DNA from: Macrostomum lignano
Taxonomy: Eukaryota
Assembly (NCBI GenBank): GCA_002269645.1
Contig: NIVC01000708.1
Span: forward strand, 401,453-465,452
Direction: 5' to 3'
DNA length: 64,000 nt
A program made the position numbers and the translations under genes. The notes beneath the pieces are model-generated. The model ran no database searches. It was not told where the DNA came from and worked only from the letters and a program-made list of their open reading frames with translations. How positions within the stretch are numbered: the first letter of the stretch is position 1; each line of letters starts with the position of its first letter. This document shows, piece after piece, positions 48,027 to 60,100 of the stretch.

Positions 48027-51000
48027 ATGAGCGAAGGTAGAGGAGCGGCAAGAGGCCGAGGCGGCTTCAGAGCCGGCTTCAGAGGCGGCTTCGGAGGTCG
48101 CGCAGGAAGAGGCGACGCTTGGCGAGGCGGTGGAAGGGGCTTCAGCAGAAGCGGAAGTTCCGGTTAGTAGCTCCAACTTCAGACTTTTGATTCCCGAATC
48201 CCGTCCTGTCTCTGTCAGAGACGCTCGTCTCTGTGCACTGGTTGTTGTCCTTAGCGATGATGCTTTTCCTGCTTAACTTTCAGCGGACATCTCCAACATG
48301 CCAGCATCTTCAACTAGGGACACCAATGAAGCTGCGAGTGCGGATCAAGAAAGCAGTGAATTTCGATTTGGTGAGCTGATTTGTAGGGCTTGCTTAGAGA
48401 CAGTTTTCTATATTAAATACAAGCTCGAATCTAGGGTCAACAGCTTTCATGGGGTTGAGTTGCAGACATGTACATGTAGATGCACAGCCTTTGAATTCAC
48501 CTGGCTGTTTCTGTTGGTAACAAATGTGTAACTCGCTACCGGCTGAAACGGTGTCTCCTGACTCCTCCTCTGAGCCGACATTGATTTTCATGCGCGTGAT
48601 GTCTGTAGATATGACTAGGTGATTCCAAAAGTTGCGCCTTATTTTAATTTGTTACAAGTTGTGTCTCCAAGAATAGTTACCGTTGTAACGGTAACTTCTA
48701 GTGGTCCTTGTGTGCCTCATTTTCGATTTCTTTAAGAATCCTTAATCTACTATCCACTGAAGTGTGCTTGCATTGTGTGCTGCTATCCACTGAAGTGTGC
48801 TTGCATTGTGTGCTACTATCCACTGAAGTGTGCTTGCATTGTGTGCTACTATCCACTGAAGTGTGCTTGCATTTTGTGCTACTATCCACTGAAGTGTGCT
48901 TGCATTGTGTGCTGCTATCCACTAAAGTGTGCTTGCATTGTGTGCTACTATCCACTGAAGTGTGCTTGCATTGTATGCTACTATCCACTGAAGTGTGCTT
49001 GCATTGTATGCTACTATCCACTGAAGTTGATGTGGATCAAGCTGAGAAATGAATGAAACTTTTTGAAATGAAGTTACTCAGATAAGTAGAAAAAACTAAT
49101 GTTATGTGCGGGAAACTGAACAGGCAGGTTGCTTCTCATCAGAGGGAAGGGAAGATGGCATATCAGTCTACTTTTAGTACTCCATGAGAAACTTTTAAAC
49201 ACCTTTCGCCCAACTCAGACATTAGAAATCAACAGTGCCTCTTTTGCCACCTGCCTCTCTAGGTTACGTCAGCAGCATCACACTGGGCAAGCACGGATTT
49301 GTATCGTTTGAGGACAACCCGTCAGCCCGCCACGGGGTCATCTTCTGGTACTACTGGGTTCAGCAGCTCAACCTGCAGGTTGGAGACAGGCTGCGGTACC
49401 GAATCGAGCACAAAGGAAACAAAACATCTGCGGTCGACATCAGCCGGGCTCCATTGGGCAGCTCGCGACCTGAAGCCTCAGCCCAAGTAGCTGACTTGCC
49501 TTCAAACACTTCACAAGAAGCGGCTCAACTGCAGGCACAAAAGCAACAAGTGGCTACACAACTAATGGTTCGTCCGATCATCGCAGGAACTATTACAAAC
49601 AGCCACGTGCTTGACGATAGGCCATTGAAAATATACCACGTGACGACCGACACCGGTAAGAAAACAGTTCTACCTCGGAAGCTGTACTTCAGCGGCTGGG
49701 ACCCCGAGCATGGAGATCAGGTCACCTGCACACCGCGCGAGGCGAAGCCTGGCCAGAAGCCGACAATGGACATGCGGCTGGAGAAGCCCGTCCAACGAAG
49801 CGATCAACAAGTCAGCAGCTTCATTGAGTCGCTGAGTAGCAAGACGAGTAACAGAGACATTCAGCAGTTACTGGAGGTTCCTCCTGGCTGGTCGATCGTC
49901 GGTCAGTGGCCTCGACTGAGTGCTGACTCGCTGTACACTGTGTTGGAGTTCTTTGTGCGAGTCAACAGTAGAGCGAGTGCATACCAGCAGCGCGACATCG
50001 GCCTGAGCATCCAGCATCTCATGCACGAGAAGAACTTCCAGCTCGATCGAGGCGCCTGTCGCCAGCTGTTCACGGAAGCAGCGAGCAGAAGTTACTCAGC
50101 AGACAAATTGAGCACGCTCAAGACGTTCTGCGAGATGGTTGGTCAGCTGGTTCCAGACAGATGCTACCTCATCATGCAGCTGTGCCAGCAGTTCTACGAC
50201 ACTCACTTTTCTGGCAAAGATGCTTTCGAGCTGGCCAAGCTGATGTGCCGGAGGTTCCTGCCAGTGAGAAACTCCGACCTGAGCTGGCACGAGCTATCAG
50301 CCACCTTGAGTAAGGAGGAGGTGTTGAGCTCGACCGACATGGGAGAGACGATCCGGCTGCTTCCGCCAGTGCGAACTCATGCTCCGTACGACTCGGTGGC
50401 CGATTATCTCGAGACGAACCTGAAGCTGCTGCGTGCGGACTGCTTCGAGAAGCTGAGATCCGGCATCCGGCAGTTCATTGGCGGCAAGTTGAATCGCCGA
50501 GACATGACAGTCTACCATCAAGTCGAGCTCAGAGGCATCGATATTACTCACAAAGAGTTGTCCTTAGTGCTCAAGATCAGGCCGTTCAACAGAGTAGTGA
50601 AGGACTGGGAGAAGTCTCCGTTGCTGATGTTCGGAAATTTGCTCTGCTTGTCGTTTGACGAAACTTTCACAGAGTTTGTTTGCGTGACGGTGAGTAACAG
50701 GGACTCCGGTCTGCTGAACCAGTTCGGTCTGATCTTTGTCGAGCCGATATTCGAATCGGGCAGCATCGAGCTGTGTGATCTGCTGCGACGGCTCCGACTT
50801 CAGAAGTCGAGTCTGTGGTTGGCCGAGTCTCCGACCTACTTCCAAGCTTACCGGCACGTGCTGGCAAACGTGCAGGCTCTGAACGGCAAGACGCTGCCAC
50901 TGGAGAAGGAGCTGGTGTCGTGCACTTTCGATTCAATACAAGTGGAAGAATCAGACAGTGAAGATGAGCCAGCAGAGTCAGATGTGCTGGCTTATTCGCG

Positions 51001-54000
51001 AGACTCTTTAACCTCTAGATGGCCTCACTCAGGTATTCTACGATCGAGGCTTTCATCTGCTCAACGTGATAAATGCGATATTAAATCATTTAAAGACGAG
51101 ATCTGCAGTCAGTTGGATGAGTCGCAAACGCAAGCGTTTAGAAACTGTACTCAGCGAAGAATCTCCGTCATCCAGGGACCACCAGGCTGTGGAAAGACCT
51201 ACGTTGGTACACACCTCGTGAGGTACCTAACAGCGCATGAGACCAAGAGACACAGGAATGGCCCCGTTCTGTTGGTCACCTACAAGAACAACGCTTTAGA
51301 CGAGTTCATTCGTAAGATTCTCACGCAGCAAAGTTCGAAAATCGATTTGATTCGCTTTGGTGGTCGTTCAAAGAAGACTGAGCTAACCAAAGATTTAGAC
51401 ATCCGCTCCAGGAGAGACGCCGTGCAGGACAGGGACTCCAGGGAGCAGTGGCGTCTGGTTGAAGAAGCGAAGGAAGCTCTGTTGGAACACCTAGAAAATG
51501 TTTGTCTTCAGGAAAAAATAGTTTTTGATGAGCTTTTCCTGTCCAAATTTTGGAGTGAAGAGAACCAAAACCGATTCTGCAAACAATTTCTTTATCACCC
51601 GGCCGGAATCAAATATCGAACCCAACTCGCAGGACTGCCTAATCTTATCGATAGGCTGAGGTTTGCTGTGCGGCAGTGGATTCCGCCACAGTATGTAATT
51701 GATAAGTTCATGCCGAATCTGCTTCAGACATTGCAGACAGGCTCTTGCACTGCGAGCAGCGACACAACAAATAAGACTGAGGAAGAGGCAGAAGAGGATG
51801 AACTCAACGACGAACAGGAACAGATAAAGACAGAGCGGCTTCTGGCTTCAGGAGGAGACAGTCGAACCACCTTCAGCCTGAACTTGAGTCAGCAAGAACC
51901 CAGCCCCGTGAGACTGGACCAACGACTGATTCGAATCGTCTCAGAGAAGTGGCATACGTTGCGCTACACCCAAAACCTGTGGGAACTCAGGCCCGAAGAC
52001 CGATTCCTGTTCATGCAGGGATGCTTGTTGGACCACTTTGACAAAGCTTGGACGAGACACAGCTCCAAACTGAACTTTTTGTTCAGACAGTATGAACGAC
52101 ATCGAGACGAGTACAAGGAAGCTAACCTGAACAGAGATGTCAAGATCTGTCAAGACGTCGACGTAATTGCGATGACCATCACGGGTGCTTCAATCAATAA
52201 CGAGTTGCTGAAGAGGCTCAGACCGAACACAGTTATTGTGGAGGAAGCGGCGGAGATCATGGAGCCAATGCTTCTTGGATGTCTTGGCGACTGGACGGAG
52301 CGACTCTTCCTGATCGGTGATCACAAGCAGCTTCGGCCGACCGTCGAGAACTATGAGCTGGTGAAGCACTGCCACCTGGACGTGTCGATGATGGAAAGAC
52401 TGATCAACTGCGGTTTTCCGTTTGACTGTCTTCAGTTCCAGAACCGAATGCGACCTGACATTTCCAAGTACCTGAAACTCGACGTCTATCCGGACCTGCA
52501 GGACAATATAGACAGCGTGAAGGGTCACGACATTCCATCGTTCATGCCGAAGGCCGTTGCATTCTGGGACGTAGAGAACATGTCGGAGTCAGGCGAGCGA
52601 AGCTACGTTAACAACGGCGAGGCAGAGTTGATCGTTGAAGTAGCGATGACGTTCCTGAGGTTCGGGTACAAGCCAAGCCAGCTCACCATCCTCACTCCGT
52701 ATCAGGGCCAGGTGCGGCTCATACGACGGGAACTGCGACCACGTTTGGAGGATTGGGAGAGAGACGTTTCAAATCGTTCAGCACTCGCGAGTGAGGCTAA
52801 AGAAGGCTTCATCAAAGTGCACAGCATCGATGTGTACCAAGGCGACGAGAACGACATTGTCCTTGTGTCGCTGGTTCGCAGCGAGAAGCCCGGATTTCTC
52901 GCATCGCTCAACCGCCGATGCGTTGCACAATCGCGGTCGCGCTGCGGTCTGATCTTCATCGGCAAAGCTTCTTTGCTGAGAAAGTGCGCCGAGTGGAGCC
53001 AGTTGCTGACCGCTTTTGAGGAGGACGGCGTTCTGCGATCCGACTTTCCGGTGGTGTGCCGGAAGCACGGAACAGAGCACAGCTGGAGAAGTGCAGCCGA
53101 ATTGTCTAGAATGAAGGGAGTCTTCTGCAGAAGCAAGTGCGTGGAACCATGCCATGTGGTGAACACGTCTGTCCGAAGCTGTGCCAGCCTTGGCATGAGC
53201 ATGATCGGTGCGACAAAATGGTCATTGTGAAGTTGCCGTGCTCACACACCACAAAAATCCAGTGCTTCTTGTCGTCAGACCCTAGGCAGCTTAAATGCGA
53301 AGAAAAGTGCATTCGCATGCTGAGTTGTGGTCATCCTTGTCCGCTCAAGTGCTCAGAAAGATGTGATTCGAAGCACTGCACCCAGAATGTTGAAGCTCAG
53401 CTGAGCTGCGGCCACGTCCAATCCAAGCTGTGCAACCAGCCGATTAAACCATGCCAAGAATCTGTTGCAAAGACTCTGCCGTGTGGACACGTGAAGCAAA
53501 TGCTGTGCTTTGAGTGGAAGAAACTGAAATACGAAATCGTAAAGTGCACAGAAACGTGCTCCAAGAAGCTGCCGTGTGGCCACCAATGCACACAGAAGTG
53601 TTTCGAGACTTGCTCTCCTCAGCTGTGCATCGTGAATGTTTCCAAACGGTGCCTCACATGCAAAGAGCAATTTGGGAGTCCGTGTGGGAAGAATCAAACT
53701 CATTGTGACCGAATTAGGACTGTGAAGCTCTCGTGTGGTCACGCGCTCAGAACTCCATGCAGCCAATCTTCCACAGCGTCGCTGGCTGCGTGTAAGAGAC
53801 CATGCGAGAAGACGCTGCCGTGTGGACACAAATGCCAGTCTGTGTGCTCAACCTCACCCTGTCCTCCATGTCCGAAGAAGGCATTTAGGGAACTCTGTCG
53901 ACATGAGTGTCAGTGCTGGGAGCTTTCTGAAGAATGTCTCACCGATGTGACCAAGAAGTTCCAGTGCGGTCACGAAGAGACAGTTGCTTGCTGCGCTCTT

Positions 54001-54659
54001 GCCAGACTGCTTGAAGGTCAGTCTTGCTCTGCCTGTTGGGTCTGGATAAGCAGATGAGGCTTCGCCAGCTGCAGTCAGCTCATGGAAGCGAAGTCAAGCG
54101 AATAATGCTGACGGAGACCGACGAGAACACGGCAGTCGAATACTTCAAGGTGCACGATCGGGTGATGAGGTACATCAAGAGTGAGCACTCAGTCACGGTG
54201 AGAGCAATTCTGAGCATCGAGAAGATTGAGAACCCAGCTCTAGACCGACGTCTTCTGGATGTGAGCAGCCAGCTGGTCAAGAAGGACGCCGTTCCAGAGC
54301 TGTTCTTTCATGGAACTAGAAACGCAATCGCCGAGCTCATCATCAAAGAAGGATTCAAGGTGGGCTCACGTGGAATGTACGGTGCAGGGATCTACTTTGC
54401 CACGGACACCACGAAGAGTATTCAGTACTGTTGCGAGTCCGGAACAATGTCGCTTCTGCTCTGCGACGTCCTACTTGGGAGAACGATGGTGTGCGACAAG
54501 CCGCAGAACCACCTGAACCTGAGTGCCGTCAATGGTGCCGACTACGACTCGGTGTTCGCCAGACGGAACACGAAGGGCACAGGAGGAGTGCTGAACGATG
54601 AGTACATTGTGTACCGTCCGGAGCAGGCGGCGCCGAGGTACCTCATCCGGTTTCAGTAG
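48027..54659 (+). CDS. ZNFX1: ZNFX1-like SF1 RNA helicase with N-terminal RGG and cold-shock/OB-like domains, NF-X1 zinc-finger array and C-terminal PARP catalytic domain (paralog B, ~1873 aa once two 1-bp frameshifts are corrected); exons 48027-48162, 48284-48370, 49263-54659
   Basis: DYLETNLKLLRADC (ZNFX1 stalk), GPPGCGKT, VIVEEAAE, GDHKQLRP, QNRMRPDI, ILTPYQGQV, DVYQGDEND, LNRRCVAQSR; repeated LPCGHxCxxxC fingers; FFHGT / GMYGAGIYFA / NDEYIVY. The frameshifts at 53145-53146 (AA) and 54038-54040 (GGG) are AAA and GGGG in paralog A. Confidence 0.92.
48745..49025. repeat. 33-bp minisatellite in intron 2 of paralog B
   Basis: CTATCCACTGAAGTGTGCTTGCATTGTGTGCTA, about 8.5 copies. Confidence 0.95.
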
Positions 54660-55381
54660 GGACTGCGTTAGGAAAGGCTGGCATCTCTACGAGTAACTGG
54701 TGAAATTGCTGCTGAGCAGGTTGTCCTGACCAAAATTAACTGTTTCTTCTGTATTTACGCTCCTATTAAATTTGGTAGCTTATTACGAGCTATGATAAGA
54801 TTTTGTACGTAATTTTTCTTTGATTAAAAGTGGTAACTTCAGCACCTCGATCAATGGACCCCAAAGCCCAAACTAAGACAAGTGATACTTTATTCTAGGA
54901 TTGGTTTAGAGCCACCTAGCTTCTAGAATTCCAATCTAAGTGCTTCCTATTCGGTCCTACGCTCGTAAGGTCTAAAAGGAAACAGATGAACATTTTGTTG
55001 ATATTTGAACTTAAGCTCGTAGAATGGATCCCTGAGACCGGATGCTGACAAAACCGCTGAATCAAACCAATTGATATGCTTGTTTTTCACCTTCAAGTGC
55101 CATTCATAAGGTCGTTTTACTATTGAATGATCCATTGTAGCATTGCTTAAATTTAAAAAATGATGACCAAAAAATGGCCTCATTTGATGGCCTTCATTCG
55201 TTAATCGTTGGAACCCGAGATGAGAAAGAGTTCGATTCAGAATTCAGTCAGCATTCTAAAGATACCATTTCTCCCTGCTGAGCATGCTACTATATATTTT
55301 TGCTTGCACCATCCTGTATCAGCACACAAAAACCACTATAAATTCGAATAACCTTCTAGTATCCTCTTATAATATACTTAA

Positions 55382-56032
55382 CAGTAGAACTACCAAGAGG
55401 GGGAATCCCCCCTGACAATTTTTTTGCTGCGCCGTATTGGAGCAACGCAGGCACACGAAATTCAATTGCGCACCTTCTCAAACAAGAATCAAGTCGCCGG
55501 CCCTCCAGACCGTCGAGATGTTCGACGGTTCTGCCGGAGGGTCGGATTTTTCCCATGAGCGCCAGTGTATTCAGTACACCCCTGTGCGCCAATCAGCACT
55601 GCGCCTCAGTGCAGCCTTGCCAAGCCTCCAAATTTCATCAGCACGTCGACCACATGTGTCTGCATCAGCTGTAACTTCGTTGGTTACTAGCCTTCACCCA
55701 GGCGGAGCTTCTGGACCTTCAACAGGTGGCACCAGGTGACTATGGGCACCCTGATGCGAATTTCTCAAGTTTCGCCTATCAAGCCTCGACAGTGGGCAAG
55801 CCTGAATACACTACTGAATACACTGGCACTTGTGGGAGGGATCCGACCTTCTGGCAGAATCGTTGAATGTCTCGACGGTCTGGAGGGCTGGCGACTTGAT
55901 TCTTTTTTGAAAAGGTGCGCAACAGAAAGTTGGCCCGTGTTCTTGAATTTCGTGTGCCTGCGTTGCTCCAATAAGGCGCAGCAAAAAAATTGTTGGGGGG
56001 GGGGGGAATTCCCCCTCTTGGTAGTTCGACGG
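55382..56032. mobile_element. Foldback/MITE-like element with ~200-bp imperfect inverted arms
   Basis: 55385-55578 is the reverse complement of ~55810-56028 (e.g. GAACTACCAAGAGGGGGAAT, TTGGAGCAACGCAGGCACACGAAATTCAA). No TSD seen. Confidence 0.75.
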
Positions 56033-56745
56033 GCCGAAAAATGGCTTATTATTCCTACTGTTAAAGACTCTTCAGAATTTCCTGCAGAATGGTCAATCTT
56101 TGATATTTTAGTCAAGATCTTTGTTTTTGGCTTGCTTTTGAGACACATTTTACGAGTATTTTCCAGGACTATTAAATTTTTATTTTATCGTAAATCATTT
56201 ATTCAGCATTAAATTAATATTTATAATTAACTAATTACCAGTAATAAACTTAAAATTGTTATTTCAGGTACACATTGTTCTTTCTATTTAATATTTAAAT
56301 ATATAAATATTACAATAATCAAATCTTATTTTAATTACCTCTGTGAATTATTTTTTTCTTTAAAAGCAACCTTCCTGCTGTTTAAAGATTTTTGTTGGCC
56401 AGTTATGCGAGGCAAGCAGATAGATGATTGATTTTGGTTTAATTTGTCTGTTTGCAGAAGGCTTTGAGCACTTGCGGGTCACAGCTGACGCGGCCCCCAG
56501 CCAGCCAGCAATTGAATTGGATCAAGCAAGCAGTTACAGTACAGTTTATCATTTTTGCTGCATGGTCTCCGAGCAGCCACACAGACGCATTAGTACATGT
56601 ACAGTACGCGGGTGCATTAAATGTATGTTCTCATATTCAGGCTACTCGATCGTACATGTACATGTATATGTGTATTTATACATCTCTGGGCCAAGTGCTA
56701 CTAAAAAGTAGAAGGACGCAACACTCGAAATCCATGGAAAATGTT

Positions 56746-56918
56746 TGTAGTAACTGAGTCAGAGGCCGTGTTTGCTGTGTAGCCAAACTCTTACAAATCT
56801 CGCCGCGCTGGGCACGCGTCTATATATTATGGAGTTAGAATTGGGGTGGCGGCACCCACCCCACTCCGCAGCCAATCAGACTGCCCGGGCGTACCATACT
56901 GTGCGTACGCACACTACA
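56746..56918 (-). repeat. 3' LTR
   Basis: Matches 61181-61353. Confidence 0.97.
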
Positions 56919-57120
56919 TCTCTCCCCTTTCGAATAGAGACTGAGAGAGAAGAAAATCGATTTAAACGTAACTCGAAAATACAAAGTTCGAAAGATTCAC
57001 CGATGATGCGCATTGAAAATGGAGATTAAAATATTGAGGAAATAAAATATTTGAATTGAATGCAGCAAAAACGTAAAAAAACTTCAGTCCGCATATTACG
57101 GAAAAGAAAGTCAGTTAATT

Positions 57121-60100
57121 TCAGTCATTGCAGGATTTCAAATTCAGTCCTTGTAGATTTTCACGCCCGCCCGAGCAGCGCGGGGGTGCGGGCGCAGCGC
57201 CACGGGGGAGGCGGGTGGATCTCGGGCCGCCTCGCCCGAAGCTCTCGTGTGTAGCGGTCTGCGTCTGGGCGCCGGCGTCGGCCAAGTCGGGGCTGACGAC
57301 TTTGACCGCCGTGCAGTGCCGCCAGCAGGTCGTGCCGTCCCGGCGTAGCAGCAGCGAGTTGCCGGCCACCCGCTGGACTGTCCAGGCACCGCTCTCGAAT
57401 GGCGTCTGCGTCTTGCTGGCACCGACCCGCCGTCGTAGCACCGAGTCGCCGACCTGGACGTCGTGCCGCCGTGGTCGCCTTTTTGCGTCCGCGTGCTGCT
57501 TCATCGCCGCCTTGGCGCCAGCGTCGGCTTCTCTCAGCCGCTGCTCGTTGATGCGGACTCGCTGGGACGGCCGGGCGGCGGGGATGATGTCGTTTGGCCG
57601 CCGGCCCATCAGCAGCTCGGCTGGTGCGCGCCCGGTGGCCGTGTGCGGCGTGTTCCTGTAGGCCAGCAGCCACTCGTCCAGAGCGGCCCTCCAGTCCCGC
57701 CGCTCCTCGATGGCTGCTCGCACGACTTTGTTGATGGAGCGGTTCAGTCGCTCTGTCATGCCGTTGGCCGCTGGGTAGTAGGGCGTGATGAGGCGGTGCT
57801 TGATCCCGTAGCTCGCCAGGAACCGGCCGAACTCCTTGGACGAGAAAGGTGGTCCATTATCTGTCACGAGCTCCTGTGGGATCCCGAAGCGGGCGAACAT
57901 CTCTCGCAGGCGGGGAATCAATGCCTCGGCCGTCGTCGTCTGCATGAGCTGCACCTCCGGAAACCTTGAGTGGCGGTCCACGCACACCAGCAGCATGTTG
58001 TTGTTGATGGGTCCCACGAAATCGGCGCCGATCGACAGCCAGGCGCCCGCGGGGATCGGCGTCGGCTGCAGAGGCGTGGCCCGGACGGCTGGCGTGTGCG
58101 ACGTGACGGCGCAGCTGCGGCATCGACTGACGAATTCCTCCGCTTGAGTTGCCATCCTCGGCCACCAGACCTTCGTGCAGTGTCTGGCGATCGTCTTCTG
58201 CGAGCACTGGTGCCCTTGATGCGCTAATTCGAGCATCTGCTGCGCAGATCAGCTGGCACGACGATTCGGTGGTGTCGAAGGAGGACCCCGTCAACCGCAG
58301 ACAGCTCCTCTCGCAGCGCGTGGAGCGAGCGCATCTCGGGGTTGGAGCGATCCCACCGACCGCCTTGCGTCGCCGCTATCGCCGCCCGGATGACTGGGTC
58401 GCTGGCAGAGCTCTTGCGGATGTCTTGGAGTGTCAGCGCCATCGGCACAGCCGCCTGCGCTACCTCGTTGATGTAGGCCTCCCTCCGCTGCTCGCCAAAA
58501 CTTCCGTCGTGCTCACTTAGGGGCTGCCTGTTGAGTACATCTGCAGCATTGGAGGCTCCCGGCTGATACTCGACCTTGAACACTAGGTGCTGGATCCTCA
58601 GCGCCATTCGCTCGACTCGTGGAGGCGGCCGCGACCCAGGCGCGAACATGGCCGTCAGCGGCTTGTGATCAGAGACCACTGTGAACTGGGGCGATCCATG
58701 CAGGTAGTACTCAAACTTCAGGCAGCCGAACTTCACGGCGAGTGCTTCTTTCTCGGTCTGCGAATATCGCCGCTCGACATCGGAGAGGGTCCGGCTGGCG
58801 TATGCGACCGGCCTCGAGCTGCCGTCGCGCTGCACCTGCGCCAGGATGGCGCCCAGTCCGGTCGGCCCCGCGTCCACAATCAGCTGCGTGTGTAGCCGCT
58901 TGTCGTAAAAAGCCAGCGTTGTCGGCTCCGCGATGCTGCGCTTCAGCTGCTCAAAGGCGCTGGCCTGGTCGGCGCCCCACTGCCAGTCGACGGTCTTCCT
59001 GGTCAGGCGCCGCAGCGGCTCCGCCACCTTGGCCAGCTGTGGCGTGAACACGGCGAGGTAGTTCACGAGGCCCAGGAATGAGCGAAGCTGCCCAATCGAC
59101 TCGGGCTCCTTGAAGTCTTGAACGGCGGCGACCTTGCTCTCCGTGGCCTGGACCCCTTCCGCCGTGAGCCGCATTCCATGAACTCGATGCTGCTGCGCGC
59201 CAGTCGGCATTTCCGAGCGTTCAGCGTGATGCCATGCTGCGCCAGGCGGGCCAGACATGCCTCGAGGCTGCTGTTGTGCTCCGCCATCGTGCGGCCGAAC
59301 ACGACCACGTCGTCGTGGATCCATTTGACGTTGGGCAGACCAGCCAGCACTCGACTCATCACATTCTGCAGGATCTCCTGGGAGGTGGACAGGCCCATGC
59401 ACAGCCGGGTGAGACGGCGAAGCCCGCGAGGCGTCGAGAATGTTAGCAGGTTGCGGCATTTCTCGGCGACAGGCACCTGGTAGAACGCCTTCGCGATGTC
59501 CAGCTCTGAGAACACAGTGCTGCCAGCCATGTCCCCGGTCACCTCCTCGAAAGTCGGAATCTGGTGTCGCTCGCGGATGACAAAGCGGTTGACATCGCGG
59601 AGGTCCTGCGTGATGCGCACCTCTCCCGGCTCCTTCTTGGGCACGACGACCATCCGCGCGACCCACGGCGCCGGGCCGTCGACGGGCTCAATGATCCCGA
59701 GCTGCTCTAACAACTGCAGTTCCTTGTCCACCGCGTCTGCCAGGTGGATCGGCACCTTCGAAGGCGCATGGCAGACCGGGCGGGCGCTGTCGGTGAGGTG
59801 GATGTCGGCAGGCGGCCCGGTGAAGCAGCCGATTCCGCTGAACACGCTGGCGTGCTTGCGCAGCACCCTGCCGATGTCCTTGACGTGTCCTTGAGGCACT
59901 CCGCTGGATCTCGTGCGCCGCTGAGAAGGCCATCGACCGCCGCCTCCGCTTCAGCGACCTGCAGCACCTGCTGTCCGGCTGTCGGTGGTGGCCCGACCCG
60001 CAGGATGTCCATCTGAGTGGCCGTCTGCCTGCCGATGATGGTGATGCCTCTCCCTTCGACGACGTGGAACGTGGCGACTGCCTGCCGGCCGAAAATGCGG

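Noticed and set aside
53137-54057. Programmed ribosomal frameshifting, or three separate genes, in ZNFX1 copy B
   Set aside because: Paralog A has the same sequence in one frame with one extra base in each homopolymer; no slippery heptamer was seen.
54563-54646. The 84-bp segment missing in copy A as a spliced-out intron
   Set aside because: The segment is not bounded by GT...AG in any register.
48027-54659. Bacterial or viral origin (contaminant or recent HGT) of the helicase-PARP genes
   Set aside because: They have canonical spliceosomal introns, metazoan-type ZNFX1 and NF-X1 motifs, and are embedded among host SINEs and minisatellites.
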